From assembly GCA_963788195.1 (NCBI GenBank), contig CAWBGA010000012.1, positions 1 through 64,000 of the forward strand: a stretch of DNA of 64,000 nucleotides, read 5' to 3'. Below the pieces are notes generated by a model. The model was not told the DNA's origin. It saw only the letters and a list, made by a program, of their open reading frames with translations, and searched no databases. The position numbers and the translations under genes were made by a program. Numbering within the stretch: the first letter of the stretch is position 1; each line of letters begins with the position of its first letter. Positions 11,996 through 21,543 of this stretch are shown piece by piece. This DNA is from Nitrospirota bacterium (lineage in GTDB: Bacteria; Nitrospirota; Nitrospiria; Nitrospirales; NS-4).

Positions 11996-13275
11996 TACAT
12001 GCCTCGTGGTCGCGAACCGAATCCCGGAGGTAAGTTCCCTCCAGGGCCGCCTTGCGCTCCTCGAGGCGCCTCGATCCCCACGATGACCTCATCGCCTTCT
12101 TTCAGCTCTCCGGCGACAACTTCAGTAAAGTTTCCGTCGCTCACGCCTGTTCTGATTTCCACCGGTCTCGGCCGGGTTTCATCAGGGATCCAAACAGTCG
12201 CCTTTGTCTTCGGTTCGCCCCCCGCTCCGGTTGGGCTCGCGGGAGGACCGGGTTTTGCCCCTTGCAGCCGCTCCGCCGCAGGTACAGGGGGGGCTGCCTG
12301 ACGATCCTGGCGGACGAGGGTCGGTTTGAAACGCAATGCGGCATTGGGGACTTTGACGACATTATCCCGGCGATCCACGACGATCGAGACGTTCGCGGTC
12401 ATTCCCGGTTTCAGGCGAAGATCGTTGTTTTCGACGCCGATGACAACGTTGTAGGTCACGACGTTCTGCACCGCGATTGGAGCGTTGCGGACCTGAATGA
12501 CTTTTCCATTGAATGGCTGCTTGGGATAGGCATCTACCACCGAAATTGCTTCTTTCCCTTCGGTGATGCCGCCGATGTCGGACTCGCTGACATTCGTGTC
12601 TACCTGCATCTTGGTCAGGTCTTTGGCCACCAGAAACAGCACAGGCGTTTGAAATGAGGCGGCGACCGTCTGCCCGACCTCGACATTTCGAGAGATGACA
12701 GTTCCGTTGACCGGCGAATGGATCTGCGTGTAGTTGAGATCCAATCGGGCTTTTTTCAACGTTGCCTCGGCTTGCCGGACCTGGGCCTCCCCGATCTGGA
12801 TCCCGGCCAGGGCGGTTTGATGGGCCGTCCGCGCGTTGTCGAGATCGGCTTTCGCGATAAGATTTTGCTCGTACAAAGCCTTGGCGCGATCCAAATCGAG
12901 TTTGCGCTGCGCAAGATCCGCCGCGGCCCGGGCAAGATTGCCCTTCATATTTTGGACATTTGCCTCCATTTCACTGACTCTGGTCTGAAATGGGGCCGGA
13001 TCAATGCGCGCGACCAGTTGACCTTCCTTGACCTCCGAGTTGAAGTCCGCGTACAGGTTCCTAATGATGCCGGACACTTGGCTTCCAACCTGCACGGTCT
13101 GGAGTGGATTCACGGTGCCGGTCGCCGTCACCGCCTGCGTGATCGTGCCGCGTTCGATCTTCACCGTTTTATATTTCACCGCGTTTCTGAGCGTGCCGTT
13201 GAAATAGGCGTAGCCTGCGGCGCTTAATGCCACCGCCAGCAGCGCTCCACCGCCGATCCATTGCGTCCTCGTCAT
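11995..13275 (-). CDS. MacA-like periplasmic adaptor (membrane fusion protein)
   Basis: ATGTVNP...VGSQVSG...DFNSEVKEGQ, SPVNGTVI, NVVTY, LKPGMTANV. Confidence 0.92.
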   Translation of the reverse strand: MTRTQWIGGGALLAVALSAAGYAYFNGTLRNAVKYKTVKIERGTITQAVTATGTVNPLQTVQVGSQVSGIIRNLYADFNSEVKEGQLVARIDPAPFQTRVSEMEANVQNMKGNLARAAADLAQRKLDLDRAKALYEQNLIAKADLDNARTAHQTALAGIQIGEAQVRQAEATLKKARLDLNYTQIHSPVNGTVISRNVEVGQTVAASFQTPVLFLVAKDLTKMQVDTNVSESDIGGITEGKEAISVVDAYPKQPFNGKVIQVRNAPIAVQNVVTYNVVIGVENNDLRLKPGMTANVSIVVDRRDNVVKVPNAALRFKPTLVRQDRQAAPPVPAAERLQGAKPGPPASPTGAGGEPKTKATVWIPDETRPRPVEIRTGVSDGNFTEVVAGELKEGDEVIVGIEAPRGAQGGPGGNLPPGFGSRPRGM

Positions 13276-14621
13276 GAGCCTCCGCGTAGTGGCGCAATCG
13301 CGGTGCCCATTGCCCGCTCAAGCTGCGCTCTGGCCGCCTGATAGCCAGACATCGCCACGACATCATTGACCTGCGCATTCACGAGCGCCACTTCGGCGTC
13401 CGTCACCTCCACCGCGTTGGCCAGCCCCGCCCGGTACCGTCCTTCCGCCAGGGCCATCCGCTCCTTCGCCTGTGTGACGGTGGTCGCCGTGAAGCGCAGC
13501 CGCTCTTGGGTCGCCTCTAAGTTTAAGTAGGATTGACTGACTTCAGCGAGGACCGCCTGTTGGAGGGCCTCGCCATTGGCTTTGGTCCTGAGAAGATTCG
13601 CGCGCGCTTCCGCGACTTGCTGCTTCGTCAGGAATCCACTAAAAATCGGAATGTTCAGCGACCCTAAGATGTTCCAGTTCCAGATCAGTGGAAATTCCTG
13701 CCCGTTATATGAATACCCCGCCACGCCGGTGACGTTCGGAAAGAAATCGGCCTGGGCTGTCTTGATCGCCGACTCCGCCGCCTGCTCCAGCGCTCTCTGG
13801 GAAATAAGCTCGGGCCGTCCCCGCATCGCTCGCTCCAACGCGGCTTCCTGGGTAATGACATATTGCTCGAAAGCCTTTGGCTCTTCGACCCGGTATTGAT
13901 CGGTCGTGACGATACCCATCGCATTATTCAACGTGACTCTCGCCAGCGACAGATTGTTTCTGGCGGTGATGAGATTCAGGCGCGCGTTTGAGAGATCGAC
14001 TTCCGCGGTCGTCACATCGATCTTGGGCGCGACGCCGACCTTGAAACGGCCCTTGGCGAGATCCAGATGCTTTTGAAACTGTCCGAGCGCTTCTTCGCTC
14101 ACGACCACTATACGCTGGGCCTGCTGAAGGGAATAGTACCCTTGTTGTACGTTGACGACCATGGTCTGGACCGCGGTTTCCGTGTCTGATCGCGCGGCCT
14201 GTAAGTTGAACTCCGCCGTGTTAACCTGCGAGCGTACCTTTCCAAAATCAAAGATCATTTGGTTCAGGTTTACGTTGTTCAGGTACGTCCCGAAGCTCTC
14301 GCCACTGGTCTGGCGTTGAACCGGCCCTCCCCCGAAGGCTGTCGCCACGTTTGCGGTCGCGCGTTGGTATGCCACTCGGCCGGTTACCTGAGGGAAGTAG
14401 CCGGAGCGTGCCTGCCCTACGCGGGCTTCACTGATCGCCTGATTGCCCGCCGCGATCCGGAGGCTCGGCTGGTTGTCGAGTGCCATGATTAGGGCGTTTT
14501 CCAGCGTCAACACCGGAGGGACCACTTTTTGAGGAATGGGCTCTGCAGCCAAACCGACCGCGGCCGACAATATTACTCCAACGCTCACCGTTCCCCATCC
14601 ACGCTTTATCCCTTGCATCAT
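13272..14621 (-). CDS. TolC-family outer membrane efflux protein
   Basis: Signal peptide, two OEP repeats (YFPQV...IFDFG; FFPNV...IPIFSG), LERAMG end; in an operon with macAB-like genes. Confidence 0.9.
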   Translation of the reverse strand: MMQGIKRGWGTVSVGVILSAAVGLAAEPIPQKVVPPVLTLENALIMALDNQPSLRIAAGNQAISEARVGQARSGYFPQVTGRVAYQRATANVATAFGGGPVQRQTSGESFGTYLNNVNLNQMIFDFGKVRSQVNTAEFNLQAARSDTETAVQTMVVNVQQGYYSLQQAQRIVVVSEEALGQFQKHLDLAKGRFKVGVAPKIDVTTAEVDLSNARLNLITARNNLSLARVTLNNAMGIVTTDQYRVEEPKAFEQYVITQEAALERAMRGRPELISQRALEQAAESAIKTAQADFFPNVTGVAGYSYNGQEFPLIWNWNILGSLNIPIFSGFLTKQQVAEARANLLRTKANGEALQQAVLAEVSQSYLNLEATQERLRFTATTVTQAKERMALAEGRYRAGLANAVEVTDAEVALVNAQVNDVVAMSGYQAARAQLERAMGTAIAPLRGGS

Positions 14622-14645
14622 TTCCTCCTTGAAGCCATTCTGCGT

Positions 14646-15269
14646 TCAGGATTTTTCAATTCCGGACAAAAACAATTCCTTGATGACACCGGTCTTTGCC
14701 ACAAGAGAGCCCGGAGGATGATTTCCCAGGATCCAGTGAAAGATCGTTGAGTTCATCATTCCGTTGAGCGCGAACGCGGCTTCTTTCGGAGAGATGCCTT
14801 TGAATTCACCGGTCCGGGCGCCGTTCTCAATAATGTGCGCGATCATGTCCAGGTGTGTCAGCAGTTTTTTCCAAATGCGGTCCCCAAACGCGCTCTTGGC
14901 CGTCCATTCGGACCCACTCCACTCGGCCACGTAAATTCGGAAGAAGTTACGGTTGTGTTCAAAGAAATTTAATTTGGTGCGGATGAGGGCTTCGATCTTA
15001 GCGGCGCCGCCGCTGGCGGTGCTTGTCTGTGCCTCGACTTCGGCGAGGTACGCGGTGACCTTTTCGTCTACGAGCGAAAGATAAATCTCCTCTTTGCTCT
15101 TGAAGATCTGGTATAGCGTCCCAACTGCGAACTCTGCGGCCTCGGCGATCTCAGCCATTGTCGTCTTAAAAAAACCATTCTTTGCAAAGAGGACCTCCGC
15201 GGCCGTCAGTAGCTCGCGCCGACGCGTTTGCCCTTCGCGTATCTTTCTAGAAACCTTCAGGTTCGCCAC
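14646..15269 (-). CDS. TetR/AcrR family regulator
   Basis: LFAKNGFFKTTMAEIAEAAEFAVGTLYQIFKSKEEI HTH; first gene of the efflux operon. Confidence 0.92.
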   Translation of the reverse strand: MANLKVSRKIREGQTRRRELLTAAEVLFAKNGFFKTTMAEIAEAAEFAVGTLYQIFKSKEEIYLSLVDEKVTAYLAEVEAQTSTASGGAAKIEALIRTKLNFFEHNRNFFRIYVAEWSGSEWTAKSAFGDRIWKKLLTHLDMIAHIIENGARTGEFKGISPKEAAFALNGMMNSTIFHWILGNHPPGSLVAKTGVIKELFLSGIEKS

Positions 15270-15284
15270 CCGTGTGGAAAATTA

Positions 15285-15318
15285 TGAATCATCATTCGTT
15301 ATTTAGAACGACCATTCA
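15285..15318. promoter_or_regulatory. Two putative TetR operator palindromes
   Basis: TGAATCATCATTCG (15285-15298) and AGAACGACCATTCA (15305-15318), both near TGAATG-NN-CATTCA, 20 bp apart, directly upstream of tetR. Confidence 0.55.
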
Positions 15319-15420
15319 TTTTAATAAAGGATTGGGATTTATGTCAAGTTATCTACCCAAAGAAAAGGGTCATGCTGCCGTCGCAGGCATGACCCTGTCG
15401 GCGATGGCTCGGAGGGTGAG

Positions 15421-16239
15421 TTATGGCGTGATCGTGATCCGGTCCCTAATTCGATCGAAACTGCTCTTGGAAAGACCGGCCTTCGAGACGAGCTCCTCTT
15501 TACTCTTGTAAGGCCGATTTTTGATGAGCTTCTGAGAGTCATCTTTGCCGAGGCCTAACGTCAATACCAAATCCACCTCTGAGGACTTGTTGACATCAAC
15601 CAAATTCGCGGGGGCGCCAGGTACGGCCGGAGCCTTTGGTGATTCTGGTTCGACCGGTTTCAAGGGCAGGGCGCCGGATGAGGCGGATGACGGTGGCGCC
15701 GGCTTCGCAGGCGCGGGGACGCTCGGGGAAGAAGAATCCCGATGGACTTCCGGCGCACCCGCAGGCGTCCCGGGGGCGGGCGTCGGCAAAAGCTCTGTTT
15801 GCTCTCGCTCTTTGAGCTCCTTTTGTTGACGCTTAATGGTCTTTTGGGCGCTTTCATACTTCTGTTTCTGAACCTCGAGCTCCTGGGCCACCATCCTTTT
15901 GGACGCAGTGAGATCCTTCACCTGCCGTTCAAGATCTTTGAATTTCGAGTCCACGGCTTGCCGGTCTTTTCCCGCCGACGCGGTGAGCGCTCCGAGCTCG
16001 CCACTGGCTCGATCCAAGTCGTCCCGCAACTTGATTTTCGCTTCCTGCAAAACTTTCACCTGCCTATTCAAGGCCTCATTTTGGACCCTCATGCGGTCGA
16101 GATCGCTTTTGGTGGCTTGAAGGTCCTGCAGGGTCTGCTCGTGCTTACTCTGACTGACGATACATCCCGTCATCAGTGTCATGATCACCAACAGGCCCAC
16201 GGCGGTTCGCTTCATGCCTTCCTCCAATATGCGTTTCAA
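15421..16239 (-). CDS. Putative lipoprotein: coiled coil, Pro-rich linker, C-terminal helix-hairpin-helix (ComEA-like) domain
   Basis: LMTGC lipobox, long heptad region, PAPGTP linker, VDVNKSS...GLG...IKNRPYKSKEEL. Confidence 0.7.
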   Translation of the reverse strand: MKRILEEGMKRTAVGLLVIMTLMTGCIVSQSKHEQTLQDLQATKSDLDRMRVQNEALNRQVKVLQEAKIKLRDDLDRASGELGALTASAGKDRQAVDSKFKDLERQVKDLTASKRMVAQELEVQKQKYESAQKTIKRQQKELKEREQTELLPTPAPGTPAGAPEVHRDSSSPSVPAPAKPAPPSSASSGALPLKPVEPESPKAPAVPGAPANLVDVNKSSEVDLVLTLGLGKDDSQKLIKNRPYKSKEELVSKAGLSKSSFDRIRDRITITP

Positions 16240-16362
16240 CGTACGTGATTTCCTTTCTCATGTTTATTCGAATCGCCCCGTTTTGTCAACAAAAAGAAAA
16301 GCCGATCGCGGGATTAACCTTGACAAGCCTCGGGTGGTTTCCGGATGATGCCGGCCACGTGT

Positions 16363-17151
16363 ATGACGGTATGGACTGTTATCATCCTCGGCATTGTCGA
16401 GGGCCTGACTGAATTTCTTCCCGTCTCCTCCACTGGTCATCTTATTCTCGTAGGCTATGCCTTGAACTTCACAGGGGAGGACGCAGCCAGTTTTGAAATC
16501 GTCATCCAACTCGGCGCCATCCTGTCCGTCGTAGTGTACTTCCGGCGCCTCCTGTGGGATCTAGCCCTCCGGCTTTCGGTAGACCGCGCGAGTCAACGCC
16601 TTGCGTTGGCCCTGATAATCGCCTTCGTCCCAGCCGCCATCATGGGATTTGCTCTCCATAAGTGGATTGAGCGGCATCTGTTCGGACCGGTCACCGTGGC
16701 TTGGGCCCTGATCCTTGGCGGGGTGGTGATCCTCCTTGTCGAACATAATATAGGAAAACGCCAGCCCCAGGGTTTAGATCAGATCACCTTACGACAGGCC
16801 TGGTGGGTCGGCATCGCGCAATGCTTCTCGCTTTTTCCAGGCGTCTCTCGATCCGGCGCAACAATCATCGGAGGGTTGTTGAGCGGGATGGATCGCACGA
16901 CGGCAACCGAGTTCTCCTTTCTACTGTCAATCCCCACAATGCTCGCCGCAACGGGCTACAAAATCCTGAAGGACCACGACGTGCTCCTAGGGGGCGATCC
17001 ACTCTTGTTGCCACTAGGCCTTGCCGTGTCGTTCGTGTCGGGGTTGGCCGTGGTGGCTGGTTTTCTCGCTTTTGTCCGCTCCCATACGTTTAAACCCTTC
17101 GCCTATTATCGCATTGTACTCGGGGTCATCATCCTGGCCGTGATGCAGTAG
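16363..17151 (+). CDS. uppP: Undecaprenyl-diphosphate phosphatase
   Basis: GIVEGLTEFLPVSSTGHL, IQLGAIL, PGVSRSGATI, FAYYRI. Confidence 0.95.
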   Translation: MTVWTVIILGIVEGLTEFLPVSSTGHLILVGYALNFTGEDAASFEIVIQLGAILSVVVYFRRLLWDLALRLSVDRASQRLALALIIAFVPAAIMGFALHKWIERHLFGPVTVAWALILGGVVILLVEHNIGKRQPQGLDQITLRQAWWVGIAQCFSLFPGVSRSGATIIGGLLSGMDRTTATEFSFLLSIPTMLAATGYKILKDHDVLLGGDPLLLPLGLAVSFVSGLAVVAGFLAFVRSHTFKPFAYYRIVLGVIILAVMQ

Positions 17152-17153
17152 TC

Positions 17154-17789
17154 TCACCTGTCCTCCTGCACGAGATCATCACCCAGTTCGTCTGGATTGT
17201 CCCCTGGCCGTGCCGGAAAATGTACGGCCAACAATTCCCCGCACTGATTGATTGCTCGACACAGACCGTCCGTGGGGCGTCCTTCCTTCGTGGCTTGGAC
17301 GAGTTGTTCAACCACGGCATCCCAGGTCTTCGGCGGGACCTTTTCATCGATGGCTCGATCAGCGAGGATCTGCACCCGATGTTCCAATTGCGAGATCATG
17401 ATCAAAATGCCGCTGGCCTCGCGTGTCTTATGAAGCCCGTGCTCGTAAAACGCTGCTTCGGCGCGGCGACGGACTTGCAGATCCATGTGAGCATCGGGGG
17501 TCAGCCACCGAAGGATCACCGGGATGGAGCCCACGGCGTTACCAAGAATGTACGCCAGAACAACGGCGAGCAAGCGTCACGAGCCGGTGAAGACCTCGAA
17601 GCCCAACCCTCGCCCTCGAACATCAGAATTCCAGATAGAGTGAGCAACGCCAGGAGGGCGCCGAACAGATGGCGCGGCCTCATAACGTCCTGAAGCCGGC
17701 ACCACCATCGGGACAATTTCACCGCGAGTCCGCTTTTCTGCCGCATCGACGGCCTCTCGGATTTTCTGTCGATCTTCCGCCGAAAACAT
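17154..17789 (-). CDS. TPM-domain membrane protein (frameshifted)
   Basis: AVDAAEKRTRGEIVPMV, GLHKTREASGILI...EHRVQILADRAI, NPDELGD. Confidence 0.8.
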
Positions 17790-17796
17790 CTGGCTT

Positions 17797-18660
17797 CTAC
17801 CAGCGTCCCGAGGCCCCGCCGCCGCCGAAACCCCCGCCGCCGCCGCGAAATGAGTCTCCACCGGAGAAACCGCCGCCCCCACGTCCAAACAAACCCGTTC
17901 CGTAGTATCCACCGCCGGGCATGCCTCCTCCGCGAAACAAAAGCCCTAGCACAAGCCCTAGGATGAGCGCGAGAATCGCGGCTACGATCGCGGTGAACAT
18001 TCCGGCCGAAAGTGTCAGCATGAAGGCAATGGCACCGCCACCGAAAAGGCCGGAGACCTTTTTCAGGCCGAGCAATATAGCTCCCACGAAGGCTCCGACC
18101 AGAACTGCCGGAAGAAAACCGCTCGACCCCCCCACCACCGGCGCCGCGCGCCTATCGTGATTGTTTGGTGCAGCCGAGTAGGTGCCTTCGATTGTTGCCA
18201 TGATCGCTTTCGCACCCGCGGCAATTCCCTGGGCATAATCTCCCTTGCGAAAATGAGGTACCATTTCGTTTCGGATAATTCGGGACGTGGCGGCGTCGGT
18301 CAGCACGCCTTCAAGCCCATATCCCACTTCAATTCGCACCTGTCGGTCTTGTGGGGAGACTAACAGAAGGACCCCGTTATCGGTTCCTTTCTGCCCGAGC
18401 TTCCAGGTGGTCGCAACACGATGAGAGAATTCTTCCAGAGGTTCCCCCTGTAATCCCGGCAATGTGAGAATTGCCACTTGATTGCCGGTGCGCTGTTCAT
18501 GACCGGCAAGTTCCCGGGTAAGGGACTCTGTCAGATCCGGAGGAAGCAGGTGTGCTGCATCGACGATCCGCCCGGTGAGAGGCGGTACATCTAACGCCAG
18601 AACGGATCCAGAAAAGACGAACCCTGCAAGGAAACCCAACAGTGCGATTCGCACCGACAA
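17797..18660 (-). CDS. TPM-domain (YgcG-like) protein with Gly-rich tail
   Basis: WKLGQKGTDNGVLLLV...RIEVGYGLEG, GGGGFGGGGASGRW end. Confidence 0.9.
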   Translation of the reverse strand: MSVRIALLGFLAGFVFSGSVLALDVPPLTGRIVDAAHLLPPDLTESLTRELAGHEQRTGNQVAILTLPGLQGEPLEEFSHRVATTWKLGQKGTDNGVLLLVSPQDRQVRIEVGYGLEGVLTDAATSRIIRNEMVPHFRKGDYAQGIAAGAKAIMATIEGTYSAAPNNHDRRAAPVVGGSSGFLPAVLVGAFVGAILLGLKKVSGLFGGGAIAFMLTLSAGMFTAIVAAILALILGLVLGLLFRGGGMPGGGYYGTGLFGRGGGGFSGGDSFRGGGGGFGGGGASGRW

Positions 18661-19260
18661 TTAGAATTTCACCTCGGGCGGTTTCGTCACAGCCTTTTCA
18701 TCCGCGACCGTAAAATTCGGTTTCACATCGAGATGCAACAGGTATCTTGCCGTCAGGTTCGTCGGGAAAAAGCGTACCGCCTTATTGAACTCCGCCACCT
18801 TATCGATATAACGCTTGCGCGCGACGGCGATCCGATTCTCGGTCCCTTCCAACTGGCTTTGAAGATCACGAAAATTCTCATTCGCCTTTAAATCGGGATA
18901 CTTCTCGACCACCACCAGCAAACGCGATAGGGCGGAGGAGAGTTCTCCCTGCGCCTTCTGGAACTGCCGGAAAGCATCCGGATTCTTTAGTAGATCCGTG
19001 GAGGGTGTGACACTGGTCGCTTGGGCCCGAGCCATGGTGACCGCCTCCAACGTCTCGCGTTCGTGGGCGGCATAACCTTTGACAACATTGACCAGGTTGG
19101 GAATCAAATCCGCTCGGCGTTGGTATTGATTTAACACTTCGCTCCAAGTCGCATTCGTCTCCTCATCCAGAGCTTGGATCTCGTTGTACCCGCAGCCGGA
19201 TGACAAGACAAGAGCGGCCAGGACAGGAAACGTAAACAAGATCCATCTACGTTGCATCAA
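18661..19260 (-). CDS. lemA: LemA family protein
   Basis: GCGYN, QYQRRADLIPNLV, YPDLKANENF, LEGTENRIAVAR. Confidence 0.93.
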   Translation of the reverse strand: MMQRRWILFTFPVLAALVLSSGCGYNEIQALDEETNATWSEVLNQYQRRADLIPNLVNVVKGYAAHERETLEAVTMARAQATSVTPSTDLLKNPDAFRQFQKAQGELSSALSRLLVVVEKYPDLKANENFRDLQSQLEGTENRIAVARKRYIDKVAEFNKAVRFFPTNLTARYLLHLDVKPNFTVADEKAVTKPPEVKF

Positions 19261-19625
19261 ATCACCTCCTGCTTACCGTAGTGTTTCATTATGGTAACTG
19301 TCTCGCCGCAAAAATTCCATCCCGCGAGAATCTGCTTGGGAGTACCTTGTCTCCTGCACTTCGACGGGATGTGGCCTTCTTTCAAAAGGTATCTCTAAGA
19401 AGAATATCTTATTGCGAAGCATCTAAATTAAGCCTCGTAATTGGCTCCTTCCTCCCCAATAGAGGAAGTGATTTTTACTGATGAAGCCGGTATGGTTCTT
19501 GACAGTACAAGAAGCAGAATTCGGCCATTCCTACCGCGATGGACGTTTAAAGATCTGCAATAGATAACAGCTCAGTAAACCCAGTATAGCGATAGTGTCA
19601 TAGCTCTATTTTAAAGGAGGATTGT

Positions 19626-20690
19626 ATGAAAAGAACTGTGGGTGTCATGACAGTTGCGGTGATGCTGTGTGCCCAGACGGGCGCGTATGCCGCTGACCAG
19701 ATGAGCAAAGAAGGCGAGAGCAGTAAACAATCCGGCCAGTCAGGCCAAGATCGCGGCCAAGCAGGCCAGGATATGCAGCGGCAAGTCTGGACAGACCAGC
19801 CGGCATCAGGGCAGTCCGGCAAAGCAGGCCAGGACAGTACGGCAGCAGCAATCCGGGCAGTCCGGGAACTTCAGCGAGGAAATGCAGCGTCAAAACGCGC
19901 AAATCTGGCAGTCAGGCAAGCAGGCGCAGGGTCTGTGCCAGAAACCGGCGCAGGCCAAGCAGGCGTCCGCTCAACCAGATCAGGCCAAGCCGGCCTCGTC
20001 TCAACCAGCTCAGGCCGGCCAAGATCAACCCAAGCAGCAGGCCCAGGCTTCGAAGGATCAAAGCCAGCCCACGCCGGAACAGAGCAAGCAGCGAGGCTCA
20101 GGCTGGGCGATCAGGATAAGCAGTCTGCGCAGGATCAGGGCCGCGCAAGCGGCGCGACGCAGACGATCAACGGACAGTTCGTCCGTATGGAAAACGATTT
20201 TTATATCATTAAGGATCAAAGCGGAAAGGAAACGTGCATTCCTACAAGCTATGGCACGTTCGTTGATCAAACATTCAGCCCAGGCGACACTATTGCCGCT
20301 CGTTTAGGGCAGGATGGAACCGCACTCGTCATCGGTCGCCCTAGTGATCGGCAGCCAACATCATCCAGGGCGGACTTCGCTGCAAGCCAGCAAGGCTCGC
20401 AGAGCCCGGATTCCGGCGCGCGGGATCAGTCCATGAAGAGCGCGGACAAAGGCGTCTCGGGAAGCCAGCAAGCTGCTTCCGTCCTCAAAGGCGAACTGCT
20501 AAAGATCCAAGGTGAGTTTTATACGGTAAAAGATCAGTCGGGAAGTGAAGTGCGTCTACACGTTAATAAAGAGACGAAAATGGAAAGCGCCGTGAGCGTC
20601 GGCGATAAAATCGAAGCTGAGCGAACGACGTCGGATCATGCGATTTCTATAAAGAAAGCGCAGGACACGGGCGGCTCACGAAACCGTTAG
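19626..20690 (+). CDS. Secreted Q/S-rich protein with two small beta-barrel (OB-like) domains; probable compensating indels ~19830/20100
   Basis: AAGGAGG RBS, signal peptide, low-complexity region, two G-x-(LV)-K-I-E-G...KD-x-GKEV-L-V domains; paralogous to 54874-55188. Confidence 0.7.
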   Translation: MKRTVGVMTVAVMLCAQTGAYAADQMSKEGESSKQSGQSGQDRGQAGQDMQRQVWTDQPASGQSGKAGQDSTAAAIRAVRELQRGNAASKRANLAVRQAGAGSVPETGAGQAGVRSTRSGQAGLVSTSSGRPRSTQAAGPGFEGSKPAHAGTEQAARLRLGDQDKQSAQDQGRASGATQTINGQFVRMENDFYIIKDQSGKETCIPTSYGTFVDQTFSPGDTIAARLGQDGTALVIGRPSDRQPTSSRADFAASQQGSQSPDSGARDQSMKSADKGVSGSQQAASVLKGELLKIQGEFYTVKDQSGSEVRLHVNKETKMESAVSVGDKIEAERTTSDHAISIKKAQDTGGSRNR

Positions 20691-20701
20691 TCTCCTCTCT
20701 G

Positions 20702-20735
20702 AGCCCCCGGGCGCCTGCCCGGGGGCTTCTCTCTG
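20702..20735 (+). terminator. Stem-loop, probable intrinsic terminator
   Basis: AGCCCCCGGGC-GCCT-GCCCGGGGGCT followed by a pyrimidine run. Confidence 0.6.
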
Positions 20736-21131
20736 CCATCTTCCCTCGCAATAACCAGTAATTCTAGACCGCATCCGTATCTTGGCTAATCTCAGCCCCG
20801 ATTTCTAGCCCCAGATTTAGGTATTTTAACGTAGTTCATTGGGGGTATTTATCTTAATACTTTGGAGGGGTATACTTATGGACTAGACTTCATATTGTTT
20901 GCCCGCCTACCCTCGGGGTGGTCATGAGACAAATGAACTATCCGGCGGTCTTGATCCTCCTCGGCGGTGTCCTCGGCCTTCAGTTGCTCATAACAGCCAA
21001 GCCTCTCTGCCCGGATTCGCGTCGTGTTACGTATCGCCGCACGAATCGGACACGGAGTCGCCGTACCTATCGGCCCATAAGAGCCGGGCGCCTAAGGCGC
21101 GCTTGGCCTTGTACCTCATCTTCCTAGACCT

Positions 21132-21524
21132 ATGGGACCTGATAAAGACCAAAACATTTTTCGCCAGGTTTGGCAGGATTGCTGGAGGAGCCTCGTCCTG
21201 TTCGGGGGCCTTTTGGTCGGAGTCGTCTGGGTGGGGTCAATGGCGCGCTGGCTTGGTCTTGTGTTCTTTACTCTGTTTGCCCTCGTCACGTTCAAGGACA
21301 TCCTGCGACTGCTTATGGCGGTGGGCATTGGAATTATCGTACTGCCCTTCACCATCATTGCCGCGATGAAACCCGTCTCCGTCCACGGGCCACGGGCCTA
21401 CGCTGACGGGGTCTACCTCTTAAATGCCAATGCCATCGTCCTGATGCAGCTCTTTGTGCTCGTCGCGTACAATCTTTTCCTCTATGAGTACTTCTTTATG
21501 ACCGGTAATACCTCTCTCCCCTAG
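21132..21524 (+). CDS. Hypothetical membrane protein
   Basis: 130-aa ORF with three to four hydrophobic segments. Confidence 0.55.
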   Translation: MGPDKDQNIFRQVWQDCWRSLVLFGGLLVGVVWVGSMARWLGLVFFTLFALVTFKDILRLLMAVGIGIIVLPFTIIAAMKPVSVHGPRAYADGVYLLNANAIVLMQLFVLVAYNLFLYEYFFMTGNTSLP

Positions 21525-21543
21525 GCCAAGGTCGCCCAGCACT

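Noticed and set aside
19720..20110. CAGGCCAAG/CAGTCCGG-type short repeats as a DNA repeat array
   Set aside because: They are explained by low-complexity Gln/Ser/Gly/Ala coding sequence.
20899..21127. Short ORFs upstream of 21132
   Set aside because: No recognisable family and ambiguous starts; coding status cannot be supported.
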